Assembly: GCA_963708025.1 (NCBI GenBank)
Contig: CAVPSB010000018.1
Location: forward strand, 559,812-623,811
DNA from: an uncultured Candidatus Rokubacteria bacterium
GTDB taxonomy: Bacteria > Methylomirabilota > Methylomirabilia > Rokubacteriales > DASRDR01
Length of the DNA stretch: 64,000 nucleotides
Direction of reading: 5' to 3'
The notes under the pieces are model-generated. The model did no database searches. It was not told the DNA's origin and worked only from the letters and a program-made list of their open reading frames with translations. How positions within the stretch are numbered: position 1 is the stretch's first letter; every line of letters begins with the position of its first letter. A program made the translations under genes and the position numbers. Positions 17,068-26,848 of this stretch are shown here, piece by piece.

Positions 17068-18252
17068 TTATCGAGTACTCGATCGCCGCCGGACCCTTCG
17101 CTGCGCGAAGCGCCGAGCCTCCTCGAGAAAGCCGACGACTGCGGGAAGTGGATCGTCCCAGGCGAACGTAAGCTGGTACGCGCCCAACCAAGAGCGGGCC
17201 CAAGCCCAAGGAGTGAGCTTCCCTTCCTGGATCAGCCGCCACCCACCGAAGAGATCGGTGTAGGGGTTCAAATAGTGGCGGCCGACCTCGTACTCGGTCA
17301 CGGGCTCTATCGGCAGGCCGAGCGCATCCCGGTAGGCCATTGCGACGAGATCCACTCCGGACTCGGCGGCAAACCCGATGTTACCGTAGGGGCGGGTGTT
17401 GATCTCCAAGACCTTGAACAGCCCGTCTCGCTCGTCATACTTGAACTCGGCGTCGAACACCCCGCGATAGCGGAGCGCGCCAAGGAACCGCCTCACGACA
17501 TCCATGGCCGGGGCCACCTCTTCGGGCCGGACGCTGACGCCGTAGGACCCATCGCCGAAGTCCGGGGGAAACATCCGCAGCCGCCACGACACGATGCACG
17601 CACAGACGGTCCCCGTGCGGTCCACAAAACCGTCGACGAAGTAGTGGCGTGTGGGCGGCCCCGGGATGTACTCCTGCAGGACGAGCTGGAGACCGGCCCG
17701 GCGTGCCTCACGGACGAGGACAACGGCCTGGGCGCGGGTCTCGAAGCGGAAAGCCTTGACGCGGTAGCGCCGTTGGAACGCCAGCGTGTCGCGGGGCTTC
17801 AGGAACGAGTCCCGAAACGCCGAGTCCGGGAGGGTGGCCAGGTCGTCTTCCGATGCGAGGCAGATCGTCCGAGGGTGCGGCACTCCATGGTGCTGCGCGG
17901 CCTCGGCGAGACGGCCCTTGTCGAGGAGGATTTCGAGGCTCTCGCGCGGCGCGAGGCTCGCCGGGAACCGTGCCGCAAGGGCAGGTTCGAGCTTTGCCAC
18001 AGCGCGGACCCAATCATCCGTGCACGGGATGAGTACCATCCGCTCGAAGGCAAGTCGCGCCAGGAGCCCGGCGAGGGATGAGGGGCCAACGTCCACCGGC
18101 GGCTGACCCGGCAGGGGTCGATGCCACCGAGAGCGAGAGACAAAGCTCCGGCCGGTCCCGACGGCGAATTGCGGAATACCCCGGCGGCCGAGGATACGGA
18201 TGACCTCGAGTGTAGTGCTGTGCGCGGACCCCAGCACCAAAGTGGGAGTCAT
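17068..18252 (-). CDS. ATP-grasp carboxylate-amine ligase, paralog of 12656-13846
   Basis: LDKGRL, FLKP, LQEYIPG, EFKYDERDGLFKVLEINTRP, WDDP. Confidence 0.85.
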   Translation of the reverse strand: MTPTLVLGSAHSTTLEVIRILGRRGIPQFAVGTGRSFVSRSRWHRPLPGQPPVDVGPSSLAGLLARLAFERMVLIPCTDDWVRAVAKLEPALAARFPASLAPRESLEILLDKGRLAEAAQHHGVPHPRTICLASEDDLATLPDSAFRDSFLKPRDTLAFQRRYRVKAFRFETRAQAVVLVREARRAGLQLVLQEYIPGPPTRHYFVDGFVDRTGTVCACIVSWRLRMFPPDFGDGSYGVSVRPEEVAPAMDVVRRFLGALRYRGVFDAEFKYDERDGLFKVLEINTRPYGNIGFAAESGVDLVAMAYRDALGLPIEPVTEYEVGRHYLNPYTDLFGGWRLIQEGKLTPWAWARSWLGAYQLTFAWDDPLPAVVGFLEEARRFAQRRVRRRSSTR

Positions 18253-18583
18253 TGGTACCGCTGCGACGAGATGGGGCCCGATGGCGGGATGCTACCCGGG
18301 TGGTGGCGGAGAGTCAACGGCCAGGCACTCGCAGGTCCTTCTGCCAGGCTCTTCCAGGAGCGTCTCGCAGACTGGAGGCCGGCCGGGCGGCGGCCCAACC
18401 CGTTAGATCCTCGGAGGGCGCCCACCGATGGTCAGTGGGGCCCCTCCGAAACCTCGCCCCTAGGGTGGACGGGGGGCTGGAGTCGCAGCGCGGCGTCAGG
18501 GAGCGCGAACACGGCACATGAATTGGCACATAGTGATATCCTGACCCGGTTGGGACCGCCAAAGTGCGCGAAATATTGGCACC

Positions 18584-18622
18584 GGAGGGGTGGCCGAGCG
18601 GTTGAAGGCGCCGGTCTTGAAA
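18584..18622 (+). pseudogene. tRNA-Ser(UGA) 5' half, second copy (island-island junction)
   Basis: GGAGGGGTGGCCGAGCGGTTGAAGGCGCCGGTCTTGAAA followed by non-tRNA sequence. Confidence 0.87.
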
Positions 18623-19150
18623 TCCTGGGCGGCGCCTTCATCTTTTCGAGCACTTACGGTGCCAGTCCTTCTCCACGGCGCACTTACGGTCGGGACAAGA
18701 AGCTCGGTAGTCTCGGGGAAGGCGTCTTCGCCCGAGAAATGCGGTGGCGCTGGGCCCATAGATGGGCCCATAGCGCGAGCTGCGGCGAGGCCGGTCAACG
18801 GGAGCCCGCCGGACGGGGCAGTTCATCCCCTGGCTGTTCCCGCGTCTCCGCGGGGCGCCGGGCGGGGCAGCCGCGGCGGAGCTTCCGGAAGGCCTGAGCG
18901 ACGGCCCTGTGAGCGTGATCACGCTTATCGATGGCGTCGGGTGACGGCCCGGTGGGCGGGCAGCGCCGCCCACCGGGGCTTGGACATCGCCGAGCGATGC
19001 CGACACCTCCCGCAGGCCCGGCGGCGACGGTGATGTGCTGAGGAGTTCGATCGCCGACCTCGCGAGCGGCGGCGCTCGTGCGCACGTTTCCCGTTTCCGT
19101 TTCCCGCGTGCGGTAGGGCGCACCACGAGGGGAAACGCGACACCCCGACG

Positions 19151-19555
19151 TCAGCGGGCCAGCTGGTAGCCCGCGGGCGTCTTGCGGATCCGGCCCGTGT
19201 GGTGAGGGCGGCGAGGACCTCGCAGAGGCGGGCCGTGCGCATGTGGCACGCGCGCCGGGCACGGTGAGCGAGACCGGCACGGTTGCCTCGGCGAGGGCCT
19301 GCTCGACCCGGTCGGCGGGCGACGAGGGCGGGAGGGCCGAGGCGGCGGGGGCCGGAGGGTCGAGCACCTCGAGGGCGAGGGCGCCGGCGTCGGCCCGCAG
19401 GCCGAGCGGGATGCCGGTGCGCGACGGTGCCGCGCGGTGCTCGACCGAGAGGGTGAGCTGCTCGTGGTGCCGCCGCAGGTAGAGGTTCGAGTCGCCCCAC
19501 GCGTGAAACTCGGAGCTGCCCCGCAGCGCCTGTCCCTCGTGGACCCGGGCGGCGC
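19151..19555 (-). pseudogene. C-terminal remnant of AAA/RepA-like ATPase of an integrative element
   Basis: GQALRGSSEFHAWGDSNLYLRR...LSVEHRAAP; truncated by the MITE at 19556; frameshift near 19255. Confidence 0.6.
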
Positions 19556-19754
19556 TGTCCTTCGCCAAAACCCTTCCGGCGGACAAGCGGTTGATCTTTC
19601 AGCTCTGATCCGGAGACAATAACCGTCCCATGATCGGCACGCTGCTCCACCGGCTTCGAGAAGGATGCGCCCGACGTGCGACCCATCGAGCGGTCGGAGG
19701 CTGGCACGGCCGTGCAAATTCCCGAAGCCGAGGGCGCGGTTTTAGCGAAGGACA
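19556..19754 (+). mobile_element. 199-bp internally deleted TGT...ACA (IS481-like, rve) element / MITE
   Basis: TIRs TGTCCTTCGCCAAAACC / GGTTTTAGCGAAGGACA; interior fuses the ORF start to the C-terminal motif EKDAPDVRPIE. Confidence 0.8.
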
Positions 19755-19938
19755 GACGTGATGCCCACCACCCCCGCGCGCAGCGGTTTCACCGCCCTCA
19801 GGAACCGAGACTGCGTCGATGGGCCCACCGGATGATGCAGGCCCTGAGCGTGGTCGAGGAGATCCGGCGAGGGCGGAGCTGACGACGGGAGAGGCCGCAG
19901 CCCGGCCGACCACCCGACGCCGAGGAGGGTCTCAGATC

Positions 19939-20925
19939 ATGGCCGAAGCTCCCGATCGCAACCTCGCTCTCGAGCTCGTGCGCGTGACCGAGGCGGCCGC
20001 ACTCGCCGCCGCCCGCTGGGTCGGGCTTGGGGACAAGAACGCCGCCGACCAGGCCGCAGTGGACGCCATGCGCTACATGCTGGAGTCGGTCGAGATGGAC
20101 GGCATCGTCGTCATCGGCGAGGGGCAGAAGGACGAGGCGCCGATGCTCTACAACGGCGAGCGCATCGGATCGGGCCGTGGCGGCGCGGTGGATGTCGCCG
20201 TCGACCCCCTGGAGGGGACCGAGCTCTGCGCCAGAGGGCAGCCCAACGCGCTGGCCGTGATTGCCGCGTCCGACCGCGGCACGATGTTCGACCCGGGGCC
20301 GTGTGTCTACATGGAGAAGCTCGCCGTCGGCCCGGACGTCGGGGAGGCGATCGACATCAACGCCCCGATCGAGCACACGCTCGAGCTCGTGGCGCGGGCC
20401 AAGCGCGTGCGGCCCCGGGACCTGATGGTGGTGATCCTCGACCGGCCGCGCCATGAGGAGATGGTCACGCGGATCCGCGCGGTCGGCACGCGCATCCGCT
20501 TCATTTCCCACGGTGACGTCTCCGGCGCCCTGATGGCGGCGAGCCCCGACACGGGCGTCGACCTGCTCTGGGGCATCGGCGGGACACCCGAAGGGGTCCT
20601 CTCGGCGGCGGCGTTCAAATGCCTCGGCGGCCAGTTCCAGGGCAAGCTGTGGCCGCGCAACGAGAAGGAACGGCAGGCCGCGATCGCGGCCGGCTACGAC
20701 GTCGGCCGAGTTCTCACCGGTGACGATCTCGTCAAGGGTGGCAACACGTTCTTTGCCGCGACCGGCGTCACCGATGGGGATCTGCTGCACGGCGTACGGT
20801 ACGAGCGCGGTGGCGCCCTCACCGATTCGCTGGTCATGCGCTCCAGGTCCGGCACCGTGCGGAGGCTACAGGCGACCCACAGCCTGAAGAAGCTGGAGGG
20901 GCTGGCCGGTGGCCGCTACGCGTGA
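19939..20925 (+). CDS. glpX: Class II fructose-1,6-bisphosphatase
   Basis: RNLALELVRVTEAAA, VIGEG.KDEAPML, VDPLEGT, GIGGTPEGV, ATGVTDG. Confidence 0.97.
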   Translation: MAEAPDRNLALELVRVTEAAALAAARWVGLGDKNAADQAAVDAMRYMLESVEMDGIVVIGEGQKDEAPMLYNGERIGSGRGGAVDVAVDPLEGTELCARGQPNALAVIAASDRGTMFDPGPCVYMEKLAVGPDVGEAIDINAPIEHTLELVARAKRVRPRDLMVVILDRPRHEEMVTRIRAVGTRIRFISHGDVSGALMAASPDTGVDLLWGIGGTPEGVLSAAAFKCLGGQFQGKLWPRNEKERQAAIAAGYDVGRVLTGDDLVKGGNTFFAATGVTDGDLLHGVRYERGGALTDSLVMRSRSGTVRRLQATHSLKKLEGLAGGRYA

Positions 20926-21033
20926 TCGCGCGGCGACGATGGACCCTCGATTTCTGGCGCTCAGACGCCCGTCCCGCAGCGCGGCCTTGGCCGAGCGACG
21001 TGATGCGCTCGCCCGGATGGCGGGGGACGTGAG

Positions 21034-21408
21034 ATGAAGCGGGTTCTGTTGGTCGGCTTGGATCCGGCGACGGTGGACTTTTCGGATCCGGCGCTGCCGC
21101 CGGGCATGAGCGTGGAGAAGATCCACGCAGGCGTAAAGGTCGCGCTCGCCGACATGGCCGAACACGGCTGGCAGGCAGAGGCCTGCTTCATCAATCCCGA
21201 CGAGACAGCCGCGCCCGTCGTGGAGCGCCGCGTCGCTGAGGGCCGCTACGACTGCGTGGTGATCGGCGCTGGCGTCCGCCTGCCGCCGAGCCGGCTGGTC
21301 CTGTTCGAGGCCTTGGTCAACGCCATCCACCGCGCCGCTCCGGACGCGGCCATCGCCTTCAACACCCGCCCGGAGGACACCGGCGCGGCCGCGGCGCGCT
21401 GGATCTGA
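21034..21408 (+). CDS. Conserved hypothetical protein (small Rossmann-like)
   Basis: Good codon usage; [11 protein letters not shown]...IAFNT.P.D. Confidence 0.7.
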   Translation: MKRVLLVGLDPATVDFSDPALPPGMSVEKIHAGVKVALADMAEHGWQAEACFINPDETAAPVVERRVAEGRYDCVVIGAGVRLPPSRLVLFEALVNAIHRAAPDAAIAFNTRPEDTGAAAARWI

Positions 21409-21422
21409 GCACCGAGGCCCGC

Positions 21423-21578
21423 ATGAGCATGCGGCGGTTCACCCGGCTCACCAATGCCTTCTCCAAGAAGGTCGAGAACCACGCGGCCGCCGTGGCGCTC
21501 CACTTCATGTGGTACAACTTCGGCCGCATCCACAAGACGCTCCGGGTCACCCCGGCGATGGAGGCAGGGGTTAGCGAT
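21423..21578 (+). pseudogene. IS1-family transposase C-terminal fragment
   Basis: [47 protein letters not shown]. Confidence 0.8.
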
Positions 21579-21792
21579 CGGTGCCCGACATAGTCCTGGC
21601 GGTGGGGAAACGATCTGCTGGTCCCGACGCCGGCGCGTGGCGACACGTGCGTGGATCTGGTGGCGATCGCCGCGACGGTGGACCTGGGCAAGGCCGCCAA
21701 GTCGATGGAGCGCGCTCGGTGACTCCGCGCGGTGGTATTCTCACGGATACGGAGCCTTGCACGATTCTCAGCTACCGAAGGAGGAATGGTCC

Positions 21793-22707
21793 ATGACCGG
21801 CGTGAATCAGCTCGGCTATCTCGTCCTGGGGGTCAGCGACCTCACCGCCTGGCGCGGGCTCGCTTCCAGCGTGCTGGGCATGGAGCTCGTGCCCGGCGAC
21901 ACCCCCTCGACGACCTACCTGCGAATGGACGAGCATAGCCACCGAATCGAGCTCCGCAAGGACGGAGTCGACGATCTCGAGGTCATCGGCTGGGAGGTGC
22001 CCGACGCTGCGACGCTCCACGCGATTGCGCAGCGCCTGGAAAGCGCAGGCGTGCGGGTGAAGAGTGGCACGCGCGACCAGGCGGACCAGCGCCGCGTGGT
22101 GGAGCTGATCCAGTTCAAGGACCCCGCCGGCATCCAAACCGAGGTGTACTACGGGCCGCCTCTCAACCAGCGGCCGTTCCACGCCTCGCGGGCGATCACC
22201 GGATTCAAGACAGGCAACATGGGCCTGGGCCACCTCGTCGTCTACCAACCCGACCTCGACGCGAGCGCGAAGTTCTACACGGACCTGCTCAGCTTTCGCG
22301 TTTCTGACATCGCCGGTCCCTTGGGCCGTCCCATGGCAGTGTTCCTGCACTGCAACCCGCGTCACCACTCGATCGCCCTGTTCGGCGGCAGCAGACCGAA
22401 ACGGATCAATCACTTCATGCTCGAGTGCAACTCGCTCGACGACGTCGGCTCGGCCCGCGACGTCGCCCGGCAGGCGGGGACGCCGATCGTCATCGACCTC
22501 GGCCGGCACATGAACGATCACATGGTGTCGTTCTACGTGGCGAACCCCTCGCAGTTCGCGATCGAGTACGGGTGGGGTGGCAGGATGATCGACGACTCGT
22601 GTTGGCAGGTGGGCCGGTACGAATCCGTCGAGTCGATCTGGGGTCACCCGGAGCTGTCACAACTGGTTGCTCAGATGGATCGGACGGTCGCCGCCGCCGG
22701 CGGGTAA
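21793..22707 (+). CDS. Type I extradiol ring-cleavage dioxygenase (BphC/HsaC-like VOC)
   Basis: LGYL, YLRMDE, GLGH, FLHCNPRHHS, HFMLE, GRH.ND, IEYG. Confidence 0.92.
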   Translation: MTGVNQLGYLVLGVSDLTAWRGLASSVLGMELVPGDTPSTTYLRMDEHSHRIELRKDGVDDLEVIGWEVPDAATLHAIAQRLESAGVRVKSGTRDQADQRRVVELIQFKDPAGIQTEVYYGPPLNQRPFHASRAITGFKTGNMGLGHLVVYQPDLDASAKFYTDLLSFRVSDIAGPLGRPMAVFLHCNPRHHSIALFGGSRPKRINHFMLECNSLDDVGSARDVARQAGTPIVIDLGRHMNDHMVSFYVANPSQFAIEYGWGGRMIDDSCWQVGRYESVESIWGHPELSQLVAQMDRTVAAAGG

Positions 22708-22859
22708 CGACACCGCATCGACGGCCGCTTCCAGTACGCCTGCGAACACGATTGAGGGGAGCGAATCGAGACAGTTCTCGGACCAATACGTGACGACGAC
22801 AACGGCCATCCTCGAGAACGGAGGCGTGATCCCATGAATCCGAACAAGGCCCTTTGGGA

Positions 22860-23227
22860 AAGGGCGGTGCGTCCGCCTGTTCCTGGAGCGGGTCTTGCGG
22901 CGAACCGAGGCCGTCGTCGTCGGGGCCGAGGACGCCGAGACGGCCCTCGCCATCCTGACCCACGTTCGGCCCGACCTGATCCTGGTGAACCTGGCCCTGC
23001 CGGGCCTGAGCGGGCTGGACCTGGCCCGCCGGCTGCGCCACGATCCGCGATGGCCCGGGACCAAGCTCGTCGCGCTCTCATACTTGTGCGGCCCCCTCTT
23101 GGCAGAGATGATGGGGGTGGCCGGGTTTGACGCCCACGTGGACCTGCCCACGACGGTGGCGGAGCTGGGCGCGGTGCTGCGGCGGCTCCTGACCGAGGAG
23201 GGGCGAGCTGAGCCATCTCGATTCTAG
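22860..23227 (+). pseudogene. Truncated response-regulator receiver
   Basis: RPDLILVNLALPGLSGLDL...AGFDAHV; N-terminus missing, phospho-Asp replaced by Asn. Confidence 0.6.
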
Positions 23228-23372
23228 CGGGGCCTGGCATGACCGCTCCGCCGCTCGTTGTGAGAGTCTGCTCCAACGTCGCCCTGCTCGTAGGGCCGAA
23301 ACCGGCCCGCCGTTTGTGCCATGTGGACGCGCGGAGTTGACGAGCGTGGCACGACGCCGATGATGAAGGTGT

Positions 23373-23609
23373 ATGGCCAAGACCAAGGTCACAACCGAAG
23401 AACTCGCCGCGATGATCCAGCATGGCTTCGCGGAAATGGCGCGGAAGGATGACGTCGATAAGCGATTCGACGGCGTCGACAAGCGCCTGGATGCGATCGA
23501 GGACAAGCTTGAGAGCATCGAAAAGCTTATTCTCGCCGATCACAAGCGGCGCATTGAGCGTTTGGAGGAACAAGTCAGGGAGCTGCGGGATTTGCTTGCG
23601 GTCAAGTAG
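23373..23609 (+). CDS. Small coiled-coil protein (VDKRFD heptad repeats)
   Basis: VDKRFDGVDKRLDAIEDKL...RIERLE; RBS and downstream terminator. Confidence 0.7.
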   Translation: MAKTKVTTEELAAMIQHGFAEMARKDDVDKRFDGVDKRLDAIEDKLESIEKLILADHKRRIERLEEQVRELRDLLAVK

Positions 23610-23636
23610 AGGCGTGTCACTTGGGTATGAAGCGGG

Positions 23637-23661
23637 AAAGGCACCCATCGAGGTGCCTTTT
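23637..23661 (+). terminator. Intrinsic terminator hairpin
   Basis: AAAGGCACC-CATCGA-GGTGCCTTT-T. Confidence 0.7.
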
Positions 23662-23707
23662 GTGTGAGGGACGTTCCTAGAACGCAAGGACGCGAGGGAC
23701 AACCCCA

Positions 23708-23872
23708 ATGCCGAGATATGAGTTCCTGTGCGAGAAGTGCAAGAAGCCGTTCGAGCTCACCATGACCATCTCCGAACGCGAGAAGACCCAGCCGAAATGT
23801 CCAACGTGCAAGGGCAACGAAGTCGTGCCGCAGTTCAGTGGCTTCATGGCGCAGACGTCGAAGAAGAGCTGA
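23708..23872 (+). CDS. FmdB-family zinc-ribbon protein
   Basis: Manual translation MPRYEFLCEKCKKPFE...KCPTCKG. Confidence 0.9.
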   Translation: MPRYEFLCEKCKKPFELTMTISEREKTQPKCPTCKGNEVVPQFSGFMAQTSKKS

Positions 23873-24647
23873 GCGTTCGAGGTGGACCGCCAGGTGTCCC
23901 CCCGTCTTCCCGTGCGAGGGGACTGGCAGCTGCCCTCGGGAGCCCGCAGACAGTGGGGACGGCGGTGGGATTCCCGCCGCAACGCAAAGTTATGGCTCGA
24001 GAGACTTCTCTTGATACTCTGGCTCCAGCAAGACGCGAGGAGTGTGTTGGGATCGGTGAGGGACTCTGTGGCCGGAAGGCTGCCTGATGGTCGCTCGTAT
24101 TGCCCGGGCTGCGAGCCCCGCGCCGACCCGATGCGCGAGACCCTTGAGTTCCGATGGTGCGAGGCCCATGCCCCATCCCGAGACGGTCTTGATGATGGAC
24201 GGGTTCAGTTCGACGCGCAGGCGACGTCGAGTGACGAGGCCGGGGGTGAGGACAATCGCCGGTGGCGTGACCTGCTCCACCGCCAGGTGAGGTGAGCGGG
24301 TGCACGTCTCTTCCAGCACAGTTCTGGCCTCGGATCGACCAGCCACGATCGTTGTCATCGATCGGAAACTCCGCTCCTTTTGTGAGTTCCTGAAGCGGAA
24401 ACGGGGGTCGGCGTGCGGCACTCCGGCCATCCTCCTCGATCGGCGATGCGACGACCGTCGTCAGACGAGCCAACCCGTACGGCTCGACCGTCGGCGGGGA
24501 TGTCGCCGAGCGCCGCCCTCCGAAGCGACGCGCGCCCTCCTTGCCGTGCTCGGGTTCGCCGTGCTCCATCGCGACGGCGCCCGGTACGTCCCCTAGTTCG
24601 ATCCCGGTTTGGCTCGGAAGGTCTCCGCGGCGCAAAGGTGCGGGTGC

Positions 24648-24676
24648 TTGACTGCCTCCCTGATCACGCCTAGAGT
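24648..24676 (+). promoter_or_regulatory. Sigma70-type promoter
   Basis: TTGACT-17 bp-TAGAGT, followed by GGAGG and ATG 24725. Confidence 0.55.
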
Positions 24677-24814
24677 CGCCACAACTTCGACCGCCTAACC
24701 GTCCAGGTCTCAGGGGAGGCAGCCATGCCCCTGGCGTGGATTTCCGGACAACTCTTCGGTGCCCTCGTCGGTCCTCGAGCCCGGCGGGGGCGTTCGCGTG
24801 TTCGTGCTCCACCC

Positions 24815-24961
24815 CCCGTCACGGAACCGGGCGCAACATCAAGGAGTCGCGGAGGCGTCTGGACGCGGCCAAGAAGCTCCTCAAGGAGCTGGGGTGGGGA
24901 ACTGAAGGAGTTTTGCCTCACGCTGGGTGCCTACGATCTCGTGATCGTCGCCGAAGCCCCC
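24815..24961 (+). pseudogene. GYD-domain protein fragment
   Basis: RNIKESRRRLDAAKKLLKELG / ELKEFCLTLGAYDLVIVAEAP across a frameshift. Confidence 0.65.
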
Positions 24962-24991
24962 AAATGGGACTGGACTGCGGAGGATGTTCCA

Positions 24992-25616
24992 ATGCTGCAT
25001 TCCATCGAGAACCTGGCTGAACGCCTCGACGGGTCGGAGCGCGCCAACCGTCGGCTCAAGCGACTCGCCGGGCTTGCCTGGTCGGCGGCGCGGGACTCAT
25101 TCTCATGGGGCAGGCCGGCGGCGGTCAGCCGGCTCGGCTGCTCGCCGCCGAGCGCTTGATCCTCCAGGATGCCGGGGGACGATCCGCGCGGAACTCGGCA
25201 TGGCCGAGAATGGGTCAGCCGGCTTGACACTCTACGACAGAGATCACAAGCGGCGGGCGGAAGTCAGTGTCCGCCCGAATGGCACGCCCAGCGTGGCGCT
25301 CTTCGACGAGCAGGCGAGGACGCGAGCGGCCTTTGGCATTCTCGTGGACGGCGCGCCCGCCCTGAATCTCATGGATGCTGACGGTGGTCTCCGTCTGGGG
25401 TTTGGAGTCCTGTCGGACAGTCGCCCCATCCTCGGGTTGGCCGACAAGAGCGGGGCATTCCGGGCGGAACTGAGTCTTCAGCTGAATGGCGCCCCCGGCC
25501 TTACGCTCTCGGATCAGGAGGGGAAACTGCGGCTCCTCGTCGGCATGCGGCCGGACGGCTCGCCTCGGCTCGCGTTTCTTGACAAGGATGAGAAGCCGGT
25601 CGGGGTTCTGCCGTGA
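24992..25616 (+). pseudogene. 23-aa beta-repeat exported protein, frameshifted paralog of 36174-36914
   Basis: LAERLD.SERANRRLKRL start, then six RAELG..DG.P.L.L.D..G repeats in another frame. Confidence 0.7.
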
Positions 25617-25926
25617 CGCGTCCATCATCGGCGGGACACGCGGTATCGTCGGGGGTGGACACGTCGAGTTGACGCCGCAGTGACCGTGCCGTGACTGACT
25701 CAACGTTCATCACGCCGAGCAGCGACTGCACAAGAATCGGGGGGCGGCTGGCCGAAACGGTCGGCGAGCCAGCCGGCTGGGAACTGGGCGAGTAGCGCCG
25801 CCACGACGCCGAGGTTGAGCAGCAGGCTCCAGATCGAGGCATTGATCGGCCGATCAGCTCCGATACGAAGCAGGGGAGCATGCCGAGCGGCGATAACCGG
25901 TAGCGGCGGATGCCGAAATGCGCGGA

Positions 25927-25955
25927 CGCAGCCGGGTAGCGCACCTGCCTTGGGA
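25927..25955 (+). pseudogene. tRNA-Pro(UGG) 5' fragment ending at anticodon loop
   Basis: CGCAGCCGGGTAGCGCACCTGCCTTGGGA matches D-arm, 5' anticodon stem and loop of tRNA-Pro. Confidence 0.7.
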
Positions 25956-26124
25956 TCCCGGGGGCCTCCCATCCCGGGCTGTCCTAAGTTCTCTAAATTC
26001 GTCGGTTCCAGCCCCGGCAGTCTCCCGGCGTGTCCCGTTAGATCGCCCAATCTCCCTCCAAAACCGTCAGCACGACGTCAGCAAGGGGTTTACGCTTTTC
26101 CCGAGCCTTCGCTTGGGAAAAGTA

Positions 26125-26209
26125 GCGCCTATCGGTCAGTCGAAGTTCGCGGGGAGCCGACGGACTTCTAAGCCGTGGGTCGGGGGTTCGACTCCCCCCA
26201 GGCGCGCCA
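26125..26209 (+). pseudogene. tRNA-Arg(UCU) with intact 3' half and degenerate 5' half (att remnant)
   Basis: CTTCTAAGCCGTGGGTCGGGGGTTCGACTCCCCCCAGGCGCGCCA; upstream GCGCCT pairs with acceptor but D-arm abnormal. Confidence 0.8.
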
Positions 26210-26671
26210 TCCCTACTGCGAGAAATCCCGCGCTGGCCGCTGGGTTTCTGCTCGCGGCCGCTCCGGTCTCCTGGGATGGGGTGTGATGGTGTGAGATGGG
26301 TTGTGATGGGGCATCGTAGCGAAATTCGTAGCGAAGTCTTGGGGCCTCTCGGGTCAACCTGCCTGGGTGACCTTGTAAGGGTGCTCGGCGGCGCCGTGGC
26401 ACGTTGTGCCGAGGGCGTCCCCCGCGGCGAGGCCCAAGGGGCCCCCCGAGGCTCCCCGCGGTGGCCCTCGACGACCAGTGTGCGGATTCCTAGGGCCTGC
26501 TCTCGTCGGACACGGCCATTTGGACGCCCAGGTTCCGATGCGCGCGCCCTCGGCTGTCGTAATGAACGCCTTCCTAATGGTTACCGGGTCGGGCGGCGCC
26601 CGCGGGTCCGGCGCGGCTCCGGCGTCGAGCGTGTTCGGGGCCAGAGCCGCGCTCGTGTCTGGTCGTGGGAG

Positions 26672-26848
26672 CTACTCTTCCTTGATCGCGGCCTTTACCT
26701 TGTTGGCGACGTCTGGGGAAATCGTCAGGAGCTTGTGATCGTTCTTGGCATGTGCCGTGGCCTTGGCCATCACATCGGCCTCGTCCTTCCCTTCGATGAC
26801 GGCCTTGCACCCCGGCATGACGTCGTTGCATCGTAGGATCTTCGGCAT
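26672..26848 (-). CDS. DUF1059-like small metal-binding protein
   Basis: Manual translation MPKILRCNDVMPGCKAVIEGKDEADVMAKATAHAKNDH...VKAAIKEE. Confidence 0.85.
   Translation of the reverse strand: MPKILRCNDVMPGCKAVIEGKDEADVMAKATAHAKNDHKLLTISPDVANKVKAAIKEE

Larger units (their letters stand above)
12486..18622. mobile_element. Integrase-less genomic island bounded by tRNA-Ser 5'-half direct repeats
   Basis: 39-nt repeats with 2 mismatches; GGCACAT-type tandem repeats with 12-bp period just inside both ends (12638/12650 and 18513/18525). Confidence 0.8.

Noticed and set aside
24652-24722. Inverted repeat CTGCCTCCCTGA/TCAGGGGAGGCAG as an RBS-sequestering RNA hairpin
   Set aside because: The left arm lies within the predicted -35/-10 promoter, so it would not be transcribed from that promoter.
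25738-25770. tRNA-like GGGGCGGCTGGCCGAAACGGT
   Set aside because: Reverse strand reads GWLADRFG, an MFS transporter remnant; no cloverleaf.
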